A DNA stretch of 64,000 bases, taken from positions 47,899 through 111,898 of the forward strand of contig BTUV01000005.1 in assembly GCA_045863035.1 (NCBI GenBank), written 5' to 3'. A model generated the notes under the pieces. It had not been told where the DNA came from and did no database searches. It was given only the letters and a program-made list of their open reading frames with translations. Source of the stretch: Ignavibacteriales bacterium (lineage in GTDB: Bacteria > Bacteroidota > Ignavibacteria > Ignavibacteriales > Ignavibacteriaceae). Position 1 is the stretch's first letter; each line of letters starts with the position of its first letter. The position numbers were made by a program, and so were the translations under genes. Positions 53,808-63,960 of this stretch are shown here, in pieces.

Positions 53808-54884
53808 ATGAAAAAAATATTCCTTACCCTTTTTGTACTGTTCACAGTGGTATCTGTGAGAGCGCAGGGGGATTTACAGGAAACTTTGTCTAATCTTTCT
53901 GCTGATGCAGCCAAGGCCTACGTTAACCCGGTTGTTTCGGCTTTCGGTGCTAATATGAACTCAGGTTGGATTCACCGCGCTGTACCGAACAAAACTTTCG
54001 GAATAGATTTTGAGTTTGGGCTGGTGGCTATGGGAACTCTTTTCGGGGATGACTCCAAAACCTTCACGTCCACAGGTAAATTTCGTTTTAACCACGAACA
54101 GGCCAGCCAGCTTGCTCAGGGTATAAGCAACACTTGGGGTGAGAGAGACTCTGTTATTAAATACATGACTCAGGAAGAATTCACTGTCGGCATTTCCGGA
54201 CCGACTATCGTAGGTTCAAAGAACGAAAATCTGGTAATTAGCTTTGGTGGTAAAACTTTTACCGTCCAGACACCATTAGGGCCTCAGTCTGAAACTGTTC
54301 AGCCGGATACTATTTCACTGGCAGGTGTTTCAGGGTTTCTTGAAGATCTTCCAGCGCTGCCGCTTGCTGCACCTCAGTTAACCGTTGGTACTTTCTTTGG
54401 AACAGCGGTTTCTATCCGCTACCTGCCGGAAGTTGAGATTGATGCAGACCTTGGCAAATTCAAATACTTCGGATTTGGTATTCAGCATAATCCATCAATG
54501 TGGATTCCTGTTCCAATGCCAATTGATCTTTCACTTGGATTCTTTACACAGAATTTAGAAGTCGGCTCGATTTTTAAGAGCACAGCAACATCATTCGGTA
54601 TTTATGCAAGTAAAAGATTTGGACCTGGGTTCTTAAGTATAACTCCGTACGCCGGTTTCATGTTTGAATCAAGCGATATCACCGTGAAATATGATTTTGA
54701 ACTTGAGAATACTCCTACACCGGGCAGCACAACTACCCTTCCTATCGAATTTAAAGTTGAAGGAGAAAATAAATCAAGATTTCTTATTGGTGCTTCACTC
54801 AAGATTGCACTCTTCAATATTAATGCAGATTACAATATCGGCAAATACAATAGTTTAAGCGCCGGTCTTGCATTTAATTTCTGA
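53808..54884 (+). CDS. Secreted/outer-membrane beta-rich protein of unknown function
   Basis: 358 aa. Signal peptide ending VRAQ, alternating beta pattern and a C-terminal AGLAFNF. Confidence 0.45.
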   Translation: MKKIFLTLFVLFTVVSVRAQGDLQETLSNLSADAAKAYVNPVVSAFGANMNSGWIHRAVPNKTFGIDFEFGLVAMGTLFGDDSKTFTSTGKFRFNHEQASQLAQGISNTWGERDSVIKYMTQEEFTVGISGPTIVGSKNENLVISFGGKTFTVQTPLGPQSETVQPDTISLAGVSGFLEDLPALPLAAPQLTVGTFFGTAVSIRYLPEVEIDADLGKFKYFGFGIQHNPSMWIPVPMPIDLSLGFFTQNLEVGSIFKSTATSFGIYASKRFGPGFLSITPYAGFMFESSDITVKYDFELENTPTPGSTTTLPIEFKVEGENKSRFLIGASLKIALFNINADYNIGKYNSLSAGLAFNF

Positions 54885-54904
54885 TAATCATTAGAATGAT
54901 TTAA

Positions 54905-54936
54905 CCGGGACACTCAGTGTCCCGGTTTTGTTTTTT
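54905..54936 (+). terminator. Rho-independent terminator
   Basis: CCGGGACAC-TCA-GTGTCCCGG followed by TTTTGTTTTTT. Confidence 0.9.
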
Positions 54937-54970
54937 ATATATATCTGTTCACTGGAAAAGGAAGGTATTT

Positions 54971-55708
54971 TTGAAGCAAAAATTTATATTTGCAGGCATA
55001 GTTCTCCTTCTTCTCATCACAGGAGAAATAATTGCCCTGCCGCGACTTCTCCCTTCGCTTAGTTCCGTTTTTTCTGCTCTTGAAACACTTTACAGCAGCT
55101 ATGATCTTTTATTTCATTCCTTTTACAGTATAACCACTGTTGTTTCAAATCTGATTATTTCGAATATCATATTATCCTTTCTGATGCCTGCCTATATCGG
55201 GTCAAGACTTCAGAAAGGGGAATTAAAGTTAATCCCTGTCGGAATAATTTCTGTCGGTATCTTTTTTACAGGTTTATATATCCTGTTTGTTTTTCCGCTG
55301 CAGCATCTGGCGCTATCAGTAATGCTTTTCCCGGTTTCTCTCGTATTAAGTTACAATAATATGGTAAATGAACTTAACGGCATTCGCGGAAGTATGGGGG
55401 ACTTTTACACATCACTTACCGGCGATCGGGATACTGTGTATGTGTCTTTAGCAGGATCATTAATGAAAGGCAGGATTTTTACCAATATTCATGATATTCT
55501 TAACTCACTCTGGATGTGGCTCCTGCTTTTTGAATTTTTGTCTGATTATGGTAAAGGACTTGGTTATCTGATAAAAATCGGATATGAATACTGGAGTCTG
55601 CCGGTGATGACCGCGGCATTACTATATACAGTAGCTTTTATCTGGCTGGCGAATCTTCTTATGGATGTCTTGATTTATGCAGTGAAATTGCGGCGGCTGA
55701 AAGGTTAG
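54971..55708 (+). CDS. Polytopic membrane protein, divergent ABC permease-like (NitT/TauT-type)
   Basis: The track ORF (54917) begins inside the preceding terminator hairpin, so I moved the start to in-frame TTG54971 (LKQKFIFAGIVLLLL...). Six hydrophobic segments. The N-terminal LP..LPS..SV pattern is weakly like SsuC/TauC. No clean EAA loop was seen. Confidence 0.45.
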   Translation: MKQKFIFAGIVLLLLITGEIIALPRLLPSLSSVFSALETLYSSYDLLFHSFYSITTVVSNLIISNIILSFLMPAYIGSRLQKGELKLIPVGIISVGIFFTGLYILFVFPLQHLALSVMLFPVSLVLSYNNMVNELNGIRGSMGDFYTSLTGDRDTVYVSLAGSLMKGRIFTNIHDILNSLWMWLLLFEFLSDYGKGLGYLIKIGYEYWSLPVMTAALLYTVAFIWLANLLMDVLIYAVKLRRLKG

Positions 55709-55709
55709 T

Positions 55710-56438
55710 ATGAAAATCAGTCTGAATAATCTTAGTTTTTCTTATCAAAACAGCATTGGCATTTCACGGAGTGTGATTAACGGTGTCACGCAAAATTTTG
55801 AATGGGAAAGTGGCAAGCAAATTGCCGGACTTTTGCTCCCATTCGGCGGGGGTAAATCTTCACTTCTTAGAATTGCAGCCGGGCTTATTTCCCCTGATTC
55901 AGGCAGTTGCGTAATAACAGGAGACGGAGAAAAAACAGCAAAAGCGGTGTATATACCCCCTCAACCCTGCAGCGCCGGCTGGCTTTCATTCGAAGATCAG
56001 GTGAAGTTAATGCTTCCCTCAATGAAAAATCAGACTTCAGTGAAAGAAACTGCTGAACTCTGCGGTATTGACGGATATGAAAACCACATTCCCGCCGAGC
56101 AGAGCGGGGCCTTCCGGCTAAGAGTTCAACTGGCACTTGCTATCATGAGCGGGGCAGAGGTAATTCTGATTGACGACCCGTTTACCGCGCTTATGCCGCA
56201 GATTAAGGACCATTTGTTCGGTGATCTGAGAGAAATTATTGCAAAAAGTAAAACAGCGTTATTTTTTGCAACCTCAGGACTGGGTGACGCAGCTCAGCTT
56301 ACTGACAAACTATATATATTCAACCGGCTTGACGGATCTTTACCTGAGGTCCTTGATACTTCATCATGGACAAGATTAACAATGCGGGCAGAACAAAATG
56401 CTTTGCTCAACAGTTTACCATCAAATATCAGATATTAA
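55710..56438 (+). CDS. ABC-type ATPase-like protein with degenerate catalytic motifs
   Basis: 242 aa. The Walker A-like motif LPFGGGKSS is retained. The signature position reads QSGAFRLRV (consensus LSGGQ). Walker B reads VILIDDPF, with D where the catalytic E is expected. The H-loop position reads FFATSG, with no His. Confidence 0.6.
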   Translation: MKISLNNLSFSYQNSIGISRSVINGVTQNFEWESGKQIAGLLLPFGGGKSSLLRIAAGLISPDSGSCVITGDGEKTAKAVYIPPQPCSAGWLSFEDQVKLMLPSMKNQTSVKETAELCGIDGYENHIPAEQSGAFRLRVQLALAIMSGAEVILIDDPFTALMPQIKDHLFGDLREIIAKSKTALFFATSGLGDAAQLTDKLYIFNRLDGSLPEVLDTSSWTRLTMRAEQNALLNSLPSNIRY

Positions 56439-56444
56439 TCAATC

Positions 56445-57986
56445 ATGAAAAACAAGATTGACGGTCTTCTGGCAAAGAGGGAAGAAGCGCTGCAAGGTGC
56501 AGGCGAAGAACGGATTAAACAACAGCATGATAAGGGAAAGCTTACCGCACGCGAGCGTCTTGAAATTTTACTCGACCCTGACTCATTTGAAGAAACTGAT
56601 ATGTTCGTCTCACAAAGATCAACTGATTTTGGTCTTGAAAAGGTTGCAATTCCGGGTGATGGTGTTGTAACCGGATTCGGAAAAATTGGCGGTCGTGATG
56701 TAGCAGTCTTCAGCCAGGATTTTACGGTGTTGGGAGGTTCTCTTTCAGAGACAAATGCAGAGAAGATCTGCAAAATCATGGAAACTGCCATGCGAATAGG
56801 TGTGCCCGTTATCGGTCTTAATGATTCAGGAGGGGCAAGAATTCAGGAGGGGGTAGTTAGTCTCGGCGGTTATGCTGATATCTTCCTTCGTAATACACTT
56901 GCAAGCGGTGTTATTCCGCAAATTTCAGTTGTTCTTGGACCATGCGCCGGCGGTGCGGTTTATTCCCCGGCAATTACTGATTTTGTTTTTATGGTGCGGG
57001 ACACCAGCTATATGTTTGTAACCGGTCCGAATGTGGTGAAGACTGTTACCCATGAAGTTGTTTCTTCTGAAGAGTTAGGTGGCGCTGACACTCACGCGAC
57101 AAAAAGCGGGGTAGCTCATTTTGTTTATGACAATGAAGTTGAAACACTACTGAACGTTCGCCGCCTGATGGAATATATACCTTCTAATTTTATGGACCCG
57201 GCACCCGTCAGGAATTTTAAGAAAAAGGGAAATGAGATAAAACAAAAACTCAATGCAATTATTCCTGAAGGTTCTGATAAACCCTATGACATGAAAGAGG
57301 TAATTGCGGAAATAATTGATGACGAGTTTTTTGAGGTACATTCTACATTTGCTCCCAATATTATTACCGGTTTCGCTCATCTTGGGGGGCAGTCTGTTGG
57401 TATTGTTGCTAATCAGCCCTCCGTGTTAGCCGGAGTGTTAGATATAAATGCCTCTATAAAAGGAGCCCGTTTTGTAAGATTTTGTGATGCCTTCGGGATA
57501 CCCCTTTTAGTCTTAGAAGATGTACCTGGCTTTCTTCCTGGAACAGAACAGGAATGGAATGGTATAATAAGGAACGGTGCAAAACTTCTTTATGCGTTTT
57601 GTGAAGCGACCGTGCCTAAAATTACAGTAATCACCAGGAAGGCATACGGCGGCGCGTATGATGTTATGAACTCGAAACATATACGCGGAGATTATAATTA
57701 TGCGTGGCCTTCGGCAGAAATTGCAGTTATGGGCCCCAAAGGCGCTGTTGAGATAATTTTTAAGAAGGAAATTGCCTCAGCGGATGACCCGGTCGCGGAA
57801 TTTCACAAAAAAGTTGAAGACTATACGGCAAAATTTGCTAATCCTTACATTGCGGCCGCCCGCGGCTATATTGATGAGGTGATCATTCCCGCTGAGACCC
57901 GGAAAAAGCTGATTTTTGCCTTCGGTTTGCTTAAAAACAAAGTTGACCGGATTCCGAAGAAAAAACATGGAAATATCCCCCTTTAA
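56445..57986 (+). CDS. Acyl-CoA carboxylase carboxyltransferase subunit (propionyl-CoA carboxylase beta / methylmalonyl-CoA decarboxylase alpha family)
   Basis: 513 aa, [34 protein letters not shown]. Confidence 0.92.
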   Translation: MKNKIDGLLAKREEALQGAGEERIKQQHDKGKLTARERLEILLDPDSFEETDMFVSQRSTDFGLEKVAIPGDGVVTGFGKIGGRDVAVFSQDFTVLGGSLSETNAEKICKIMETAMRIGVPVIGLNDSGGARIQEGVVSLGGYADIFLRNTLASGVIPQISVVLGPCAGGAVYSPAITDFVFMVRDTSYMFVTGPNVVKTVTHEVVSSEELGGADTHATKSGVAHFVYDNEVETLLNVRRLMEYIPSNFMDPAPVRNFKKKGNEIKQKLNAIIPEGSDKPYDMKEVIAEIIDDEFFEVHSTFAPNIITGFAHLGGQSVGIVANQPSVLAGVLDINASIKGARFVRFCDAFGIPLLVLEDVPGFLPGTEQEWNGIIRNGAKLLYAFCEATVPKITVITRKAYGGAYDVMNSKHIRGDYNYAWPSAEIAVMGPKGAVEIIFKKEIASADDPVAEFHKKVEDYTAKFANPYIAAARGYIDEVIIPAETRKKLIFAFGLLKNKVDRIPKKKHGNIPL

Positions 57987-58089
57987 TTCAATTTGACGGG
58001 GGACACATACTTTTTTGGTTTTGCATTACCGTTATTTATAATTATATTGCGAAATTAACAGAAAAATAACCTAACAGAGAGGAGATTCG

Positions 58090-60639
58090 ATGATCTCAAA
58101 TCTCAAACTACTTGTGATTGCCTCTTTATTGTCCGTGGGGTTTATAGCATGCACGGGTACTAAAGAGACAACCGTTACAGTTGAGACCAAGGAGGAAATC
58201 CCTGTAATTCAAAAGGTTGATATTGTCGGTGAATTGCTTGAGCAGGCCCGTCAGTATTACACCATTGCTTTACAGAAACAAGCTGTAAACAGCACCCTTG
58301 AGGCCATTACTCAATATGAGAATGCCCTCAAAACTATTACTACCCTTAGTTACTATCCGTCTATTGACTCCAATGCAGCTTATGATGAGCTGGCAGTAAG
58401 TATTTGGGACGATTATCAGAAGTTTATCGAAAATCTTTCTGAACTTCCGACAAACGTTTCACTTGGAGCTTATGAGGAGTGGATTGCCCGTACCAACCCT
58501 GCTGTTGACCAGGCCATCGAAAGTCTGGACCCCGTTCTTAACCCAAGCCAGACTGTAGATATTCCGGCAGAAATTGCTCTTGAAACCAATCCAATTGTTG
58601 ACAAATGGATGGAGTTTTACACAGGGCGCGGTAAGAAATTTCTTACTATGTGGATGGCGCGATCCGGTAAATTCTTTCCCATGATGAAAAGGATATTTGA
58701 GGAAGAAGGAGTTCCCAGTCAGCTTCTGTATCTCAGTATGATTGAAAGCGGATTGAACCCCACCGCCCGTTCACGAGTGGGAGCAGTCGGTCTCTGGCAG
58801 TTTATGAAAGCAACCGGCTCTCTCTATGGTTTGCAGACAAACTTATATATTGATGAACGCCGTGACCCGGAAAAAGCAACACGTGCAGCCGCCCGTCATC
58901 TTCGCGACTTATACAGAAATCTTGATGACTGGTATCTTGCGCTTGCTTCTTATAATGCCGGAGAAGGACGGATTAACCGAGCCATCAGAAAATCCGGTTC
59001 AAGAAATTTCTGGACGATTATCAAATATCTTCCAAAAGAAACACGGAACTACGTCCCCCAATATATTGCCGTCTGTCTTATTGCGTATGACATGGAAAAA
59101 TATGGATTTAACGGCATTGAGTATCAGACACCAAATGAATTTGATGTTGTAAAGGTTAACGAAGCCATTGATATGCAATTCCTTGCAGTCGGGGCAGGTA
59201 CAAGTGTTGAAATTCTTTCAGATTTAAACCCGGAATTAACGCAGTCATGTTCTCCGGCTAATTATCCGGGCGGGTATTCCTTAAAAGTACCCAAAGGAAC
59301 TTCCAAACTGCTGGCTGCAAATCTGCAGAACGTTCCGGAAGATGCAAAAAAGAAAGTAATAGTTCACGTTGTTAAAAAAGGTGAATCTGTTAAGTCTATC
59401 GCGGCGAATTATGGCATTACTGTTAATGAACTTACCGATGCAAATAATATTTCAGCAAAAGCAAAGCTCAAAAGAGGTGCAAATCTCAGGATACCGCTGA
59501 AGGTACGTTATTCAGACGTTTCACTCGCTGCCCAGTCTGAGGATGAAATTTCTGCCGATGATTCAACCCCTTCGACTTCGTATGTTAGTCCTTACGCTCA
59601 ACTTGCAGGCGATTTACCAAATGAACCGGATGAAAGCGGAGAACCTGAGGAAACCGGAAGCGACGTGGCATCCATCCCGGTACCGGACGGAAAAACTGAG
59701 GTTGGATATACCGTTAAATCGAATGATAACCTGAGCCGGATTGCTGAATTGTTTGATGTCCGTGTTATTGACATACGTAACTGGAATGATTTAGCTTATA
59801 ACAGAAAAATAAAGCCGGGTATAAAACTCCGCATTTTTGTTCCGGAAGAAAAGAAAGATTATTATGCTTCGCTTGAGACACAAAGTGAAACGGAGAAACT
59901 CAGCAAACCAAAAACAATATCTTCGGTTTCTTCATTTTATTATCAGGTAAAAAAGGGGGAAACGCTTTCAAAAATTTCGAGCAAGTTTAACGTTTCAGTC
60001 AGCGAACTGAAACAATGGAATAAGCTGAAATCTAGCCGGGTGAACCGCGGACAGCGCCTCAAGATATATACTTCAAAACACAGCGATGAGATTCTTGCGG
60101 TTAAAGATCAGACCCGTGAAGTGAAAAAGAAGGATCTGAAGTATAAAGTTAAAAGAGGCGATAATCTTGGAAGTATTGCCCTGAAATACGGTGTTACGAC
60201 TGCTAATCTGAAAGCATGGAATAACCTTGCAGGAGATGATATCAGAATCGGGCAGGTTCTCGATATTACCACAAATGATAAATCATCCAGCATGGGTGAT
60301 GTATCTGCCAACAAAAATACCACTCTGAATAATTATACGGTGAAGAAGGGTGATACGATTGGCGAAATTGCTGAAAAATTCGGGGTAAGCACTACCTCCA
60401 TTAAGAAGTGGAACTCCCTGAAATCAAACACAGTAAAAATCGGGCAGAAGCTGAAGATATATACATCTTCATCCGCTAAGAATAACGGCAGCGCCGGACC
60501 GGTTAAGCATGTGGTCAGGTCAGGTGAATCTTTATATACAATTGCAAAAAAATATAATGTGACGGTTGATTCCATCCGTCAGAAAAATGATCTGCTCTCT
60601 GAAAATATTAAGCCAGGGCAGACTTTAGTAATTAATTAA
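58090..60639 (+). CDS. mltD: Membrane-bound lytic murein transglycosylase D-like lipoprotein with six LysM repeats
   Basis: 849 aa. Signal peptide with lipobox GFIAC. SLT domain ([13 protein letters not shown]...GLWQFM...YNAG). Six LysM units, each Y/H-x-V-K/R-x-G-D/E...N.L......G..L.I. Confidence 0.85.
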   Translation: MISNLKLLVIASLLSVGFIACTGTKETTVTVETKEEIPVIQKVDIVGELLEQARQYYTIALQKQAVNSTLEAITQYENALKTITTLSYYPSIDSNAAYDELAVSIWDDYQKFIENLSELPTNVSLGAYEEWIARTNPAVDQAIESLDPVLNPSQTVDIPAEIALETNPIVDKWMEFYTGRGKKFLTMWMARSGKFFPMMKRIFEEEGVPSQLLYLSMIESGLNPTARSRVGAVGLWQFMKATGSLYGLQTNLYIDERRDPEKATRAAARHLRDLYRNLDDWYLALASYNAGEGRINRAIRKSGSRNFWTIIKYLPKETRNYVPQYIAVCLIAYDMEKYGFNGIEYQTPNEFDVVKVNEAIDMQFLAVGAGTSVEILSDLNPELTQSCSPANYPGGYSLKVPKGTSKLLAANLQNVPEDAKKKVIVHVVKKGESVKSIAANYGITVNELTDANNISAKAKLKRGANLRIPLKVRYSDVSLAAQSEDEISADDSTPSTSYVSPYAQLAGDLPNEPDESGEPEETGSDVASIPVPDGKTEVGYTVKSNDNLSRIAELFDVRVIDIRNWNDLAYNRKIKPGIKLRIFVPEEKKDYYASLETQSETEKLSKPKTISSVSSFYYQVKKGETLSKISSKFNVSVSELKQWNKLKSSRVNRGQRLKIYTSKHSDEILAVKDQTREVKKKDLKYKVKRGDNLGSIALKYGVTTANLKAWNNLAGDDIRIGQVLDITTNDKSSSMGDVSANKNTTLNNYTVKKGDTIGEIAEKFGVSTTSIKKWNSLKSNTVKIGQKLKIYTSSSAKNNGSAGPVKHVVRSGESLYTIAKKYNVTVDSIRQKNDLLSENIKPGQTLVIN

Positions 60640-60656
60640 CGTTCTTTAAATGTTGT

Positions 60657-60743
60657 GCCGTTAGGGGTGCCTGCTCTGACGTAAAAGCGGGCTGAGAAAA
60701 TACCCTTAGAACCTGAACCGGTTAATACCGGCGTAGGGAAACG
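60657..60743 (+). promoter_or_regulatory. TPP (THI-box) riboswitch
   Basis: AGGGGTGC...GCTGAGAAAATACCC..GAACCTGAACCGGTTAATACCGGCGTAGGGAA matches the conserved THI-element core. P1 is CGTT/AACG. It lies 76 nt upstream of the TonB receptor ATG. AGAAAA/TTTTCT and GGCC...GGCC-T6 hairpins and a CAGGAG SD lie in the expression platform. Confidence 0.9.
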
Positions 60744-60818
60744 ACCGGAGAAAATCATTCTTTTCTGCGGCCTTTCGCATTAACGGCCTTTTTTGTTACC
60801 AGCAAATCAGGAGTAATC

Positions 60819-63311
60819 ATGAAAAGTATGATTTTTTTCATACTGTTGTCTATTGCATTGCAGTCGCAGCAGCCCACTATAATTTCAGGTTCTGTTTGTG
60901 ACGCAGAATCCGGAAACCCGCTCGCCTCCGCATCTATTTTATTAAAAGGAAAAACTATCGGGGCTGTAACTGACAGCAAAGGGGATTTTTCCATTACCGC
61001 GCAGATTACAAATAGCGATACGCTGCTTGTATCATACCTTGGATATCAGAAAAAGTTCATCCCGGTTTCACAGTTGAAGCCGGATGTAAGACTCGATGTG
61101 AAATTAACCCGCACCTTATTGAGCTCGCAAAGTATATATGTGACTGCTGCAGTCGGTGATAAGGACCAAAACCCGGCTGTTCTTGAAGAATTGAGCAAGA
61201 GTGAAATTCAAAAGAACTATTCTGTGCAGGATGTGCCCGAATATCTTTCCTCACTTCCATCGGTAAGTTTTTATTCAGATAATGGCGGTTCTGTTGGTTA
61301 TAACTATCTGAGTATCCGCGGATTTGATCAGAGACGGATTGCAGTTTCTATTAACGGAATACCACAAAATGATCCGGAGGATCATAATGTGTACTGGATT
61401 AATTTTTCGGATATATTATCAGGAACAGATTTGGTCGCGGTTCAGAGAGGTTCAGGGGGAGGTATTTCCGGGTATCCGGCTATTGGCGGAGCGGTAAACC
61501 TGATAACTGCGTCAAATTCTGAAAAGCCGTTTACTTATTTACGGACCGGTTTTGGGAGTTTTAATACGAAAAAACTTTCAATTGAATCTGCCAGCGGAAT
61601 CTTTAATAAGAAAAGCTCTTTATATGTAAAATTATCTCAGATTTCATCTTCAGGGTACAGAGATAAGTCATTCGCCAAGTTAAACTCTTATTATCTTTCT
61701 TATCAGCAGTTTGATCAAAAGCTGGTGACGCAGATTAATGTTTACGGCGGAATACTGGAAGACGGGCTTGTCTATACCGGATTACCAAAATTCGCGGTAC
61801 AGGATAAAAACTTACGCAGGAAGAATTATTCATATTGGGAATCAGACAATTCGCAGTTTACCTGGATAACAGAAAGACGATCCGGTGAGATTGAGAATTT
61901 TTCGCAGCCCCATTATGAGGTATTGAATGAATATCAGTTCTCGGAGAATCTTAAACTCAATTCAGCGTTATTCTTAGTCACCGGAAATGGTTTCTTTGAT
62001 TTTGATGCATCTTGGGCGCCAATTTCATATTTCAGAGTGGCTAATATACCCGGGTTTCCATCTTCATTAGACCCTGATACTATATATTCGCCAAACTCGA
62101 TAGTACGAGCTATGGTTGAGAATGTACAATATGGCTGGATACCGCGTGTTTCTTATAAACATAAGGATGGTGAGTTTATTTCCGGATTAGAACTGAGAAA
62201 GCATAATTCGCTGCATTGGGGTTCACTCCGCTACGCGGATAACCTTCCCGCAGGAATTCCTCAGGAATGGAAGTATTACAGTTACCGGGGAGGGAAAGAT
62301 ATTGTTAATTTTTTTATTTATGAAAAGTATAAACTGAGCGATAAAATTACTTTGCAGGGGGAGCTTCAGGCAGCGTACAATAAGTATCACTTAAATGAGG
62401 AAGATTTTGTAAATAATAATTTATCGTTACATAATCTCTTTCTAAATGGAAGAGCAGGTGTCTATTATAGTTTTTCTGAGCAACACGGATTTCATATGAC
62501 GGCAGCAAGAGTGAGCCGTGAGCCGAGGTTAAAGGAGTATTATGATGCTGCTGAGTCAAGCGGGGGAGCTGTTCCTCAGTTTCAGCAGAGAACTGATGGT
62601 TCGTATGACTGGAATAATCCATTCGTCAAACCGGAAACCATGAATGCTTTTGATTTCGGATATAATTTCAAAAACCGACTGTTTGACGGCGGGGTTAATC
62701 TTTACGCAATGTTTTTTACAGATGAAATTGTAAAGAACGGTGATCTGGACCGTTTCGGACAGCCGCGCACAGGTAACATGAAATCAACCGAGCACATTGG
62801 GGCAGAATTTTATGGAATTTACAACCCGTTCTCTGGAATTAGTTTTATTGGTAACTTTACTGTCAGCAATGATAAAATTATTGAAGGTTATCGATTTGCT
62901 GATCTTGCGTCCGGTGTGCAGAAAATTGATTTATCCGGCAACAAAATAGCCGGTTTCCCCGGATATCTTGCAAATGCCATCGTGCAGTATGAACAGTCCG
63001 GTATCTTTCTGCAGGCCTCTGCAAGGTTTTCCGGAAAAATCTATTCAGACAACTATGGTGACAAACTGAGCAATTTACTTCTGATTCACCCTGATCTTAC
63101 GTCATACAAGGACAATGTGAATGATGAGTTTTTTACTTTAGGATTGTTTGCAAGCTGGTCATTTCCCATTTGGGAGGATGCCAGAGAATCAAGGTTGTAT
63201 ATTCAGGTTAACAATGTCCTGAACAAACTCTATTCTGCATATTCTGTCGGAGGTGAGTTTTTCCCGGCAGCAGAAAGAAATTTCTTTATTGGAATTGAAG
63301 CAGGAATTTAA
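60819..63311 (+). CDS. TonB-dependent receptor (thiamine-regulated, CarboxypepD_reg-like N-terminal domain)
   Basis: 830 aa. Signal peptide, ISGSVCDAESGNPLASASILLKG (carboxypeptidase regulatory-like), a plug (IRGFDQRRIAVSINGIPQND) and a beta-barrel ending in an aromatic-rich C-terminus. Confidence 0.9.
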   Translation: MKSMIFFILLSIALQSQQPTIISGSVCDAESGNPLASASILLKGKTIGAVTDSKGDFSITAQITNSDTLLVSYLGYQKKFIPVSQLKPDVRLDVKLTRTLLSSQSIYVTAAVGDKDQNPAVLEELSKSEIQKNYSVQDVPEYLSSLPSVSFYSDNGGSVGYNYLSIRGFDQRRIAVSINGIPQNDPEDHNVYWINFSDILSGTDLVAVQRGSGGGISGYPAIGGAVNLITASNSEKPFTYLRTGFGSFNTKKLSIESASGIFNKKSSLYVKLSQISSSGYRDKSFAKLNSYYLSYQQFDQKLVTQINVYGGILEDGLVYTGLPKFAVQDKNLRRKNYSYWESDNSQFTWITERRSGEIENFSQPHYEVLNEYQFSENLKLNSALFLVTGNGFFDFDASWAPISYFRVANIPGFPSSLDPDTIYSPNSIVRAMVENVQYGWIPRVSYKHKDGEFISGLELRKHNSLHWGSLRYADNLPAGIPQEWKYYSYRGGKDIVNFFIYEKYKLSDKITLQGELQAAYNKYHLNEEDFVNNNLSLHNLFLNGRAGVYYSFSEQHGFHMTAARVSREPRLKEYYDAAESSGGAVPQFQQRTDGSYDWNNPFVKPETMNAFDFGYNFKNRLFDGGVNLYAMFFTDEIVKNGDLDRFGQPRTGNMKSTEHIGAEFYGIYNPFSGISFIGNFTVSNDKIIEGYRFADLASGVQKIDLSGNKIAGFPGYLANAIVQYEQSGIFLQASARFSGKIYSDNYGDKLSNLLLIHPDLTSYKDNVNDEFFTLGLFASWSFPIWEDARESRLYIQVNNVLNKLYSAYSVGGEFFPAAERNFFIGIEAGI

Positions 63312-63960
63312 GATTAAGAAAAAAGCAATTATAATTGGAAATGGCGAGCAGCCGCCTGAGGACCTCCTCAGAGCGGCTGTTGACTCCGGTTCGTATGAAA
63401 TTATTTGTGCTGATGGGGGGTACCACCATGCAGAACGGCTTGGAATTGTTCCTGATATCGTTCTTGGGGACATGGATTCACTCTCCGATGCGGAAATTTC
63501 CAAGATTGAAGGGAAAATTGCTGTCAGAAAATTTTCAGGGCAGAACGATACAGATGTTGAAAAAGCAATTATCTACTGCTATGAAAACAAAATAAAAGAT
63601 ATATTGCTTTTTTCAGTTACAGGGAAATTAATTGACCATGAACTTTCTAATATTGTTCTTCTTTTCAGATACGCGCCATCGGTGCGGTTGAGGATTGTTG
63701 ATAATCACACAGTTCTTGAAGCGGTAACCGGTCGCGTTACGAGGATGGTTGGAACCGGTGCCCGTGTATCATTTTACGCGTTTCAGCATGAGCTTAATGT
63801 TATGACGCAGGGTTTGCGATACCAACTGCCGGAAAACAAACTTATTTTTGGCAAACAGGAGAGCACCGGTAATATAGCTGAAAATGATTCCGTGAGTTTT
63901 GAAGTCACAGGGGGATATATGCTGCTTATTATTCCTGCGGAAGTAAAAGATTTGAAATGA
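63253..63960 (+). CDS. Thiamine diphosphokinase
   Basis: About 220-235 aa, AIIIGNGEQP, ICADGGYHHAERLGIVPDIVLGDMDSL, a C-terminal B1-binding-like domain. The start is ambiguous (GTG63253, TTG63289 or TTG63295). All three overlap the receptor stop at 63309-63311. Confidence 0.85.
   Translation: MSFSRQQKEISLLELKQEFKIKKKAIIIGNGEQPPEDLLRAAVDSGSYEIICADGGYHHAERLGIVPDIVLGDMDSLSDAEISKIEGKIAVRKFSGQNDTDVEKAIIYCYENKIKDILLFSVTGKLIDHELSNIVLLFRYAPSVRLRIVDNHTVLEAVTGRVTRMVGTGARVSFYAFQHELNVMTQGLRYQLPENKLIFGKQESTGNIAENDSVSFEVTGGYMLLIIPAEVKDLK

Noticed and set aside
54917-54970. Upstream extension of the permease-like ORF (track start GTG54917)
   Set aside because: It would begin inside the strong terminator hairpin at 54905-54936. 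In-frame TTG54971 directly precedes the first hydrophobic helix.
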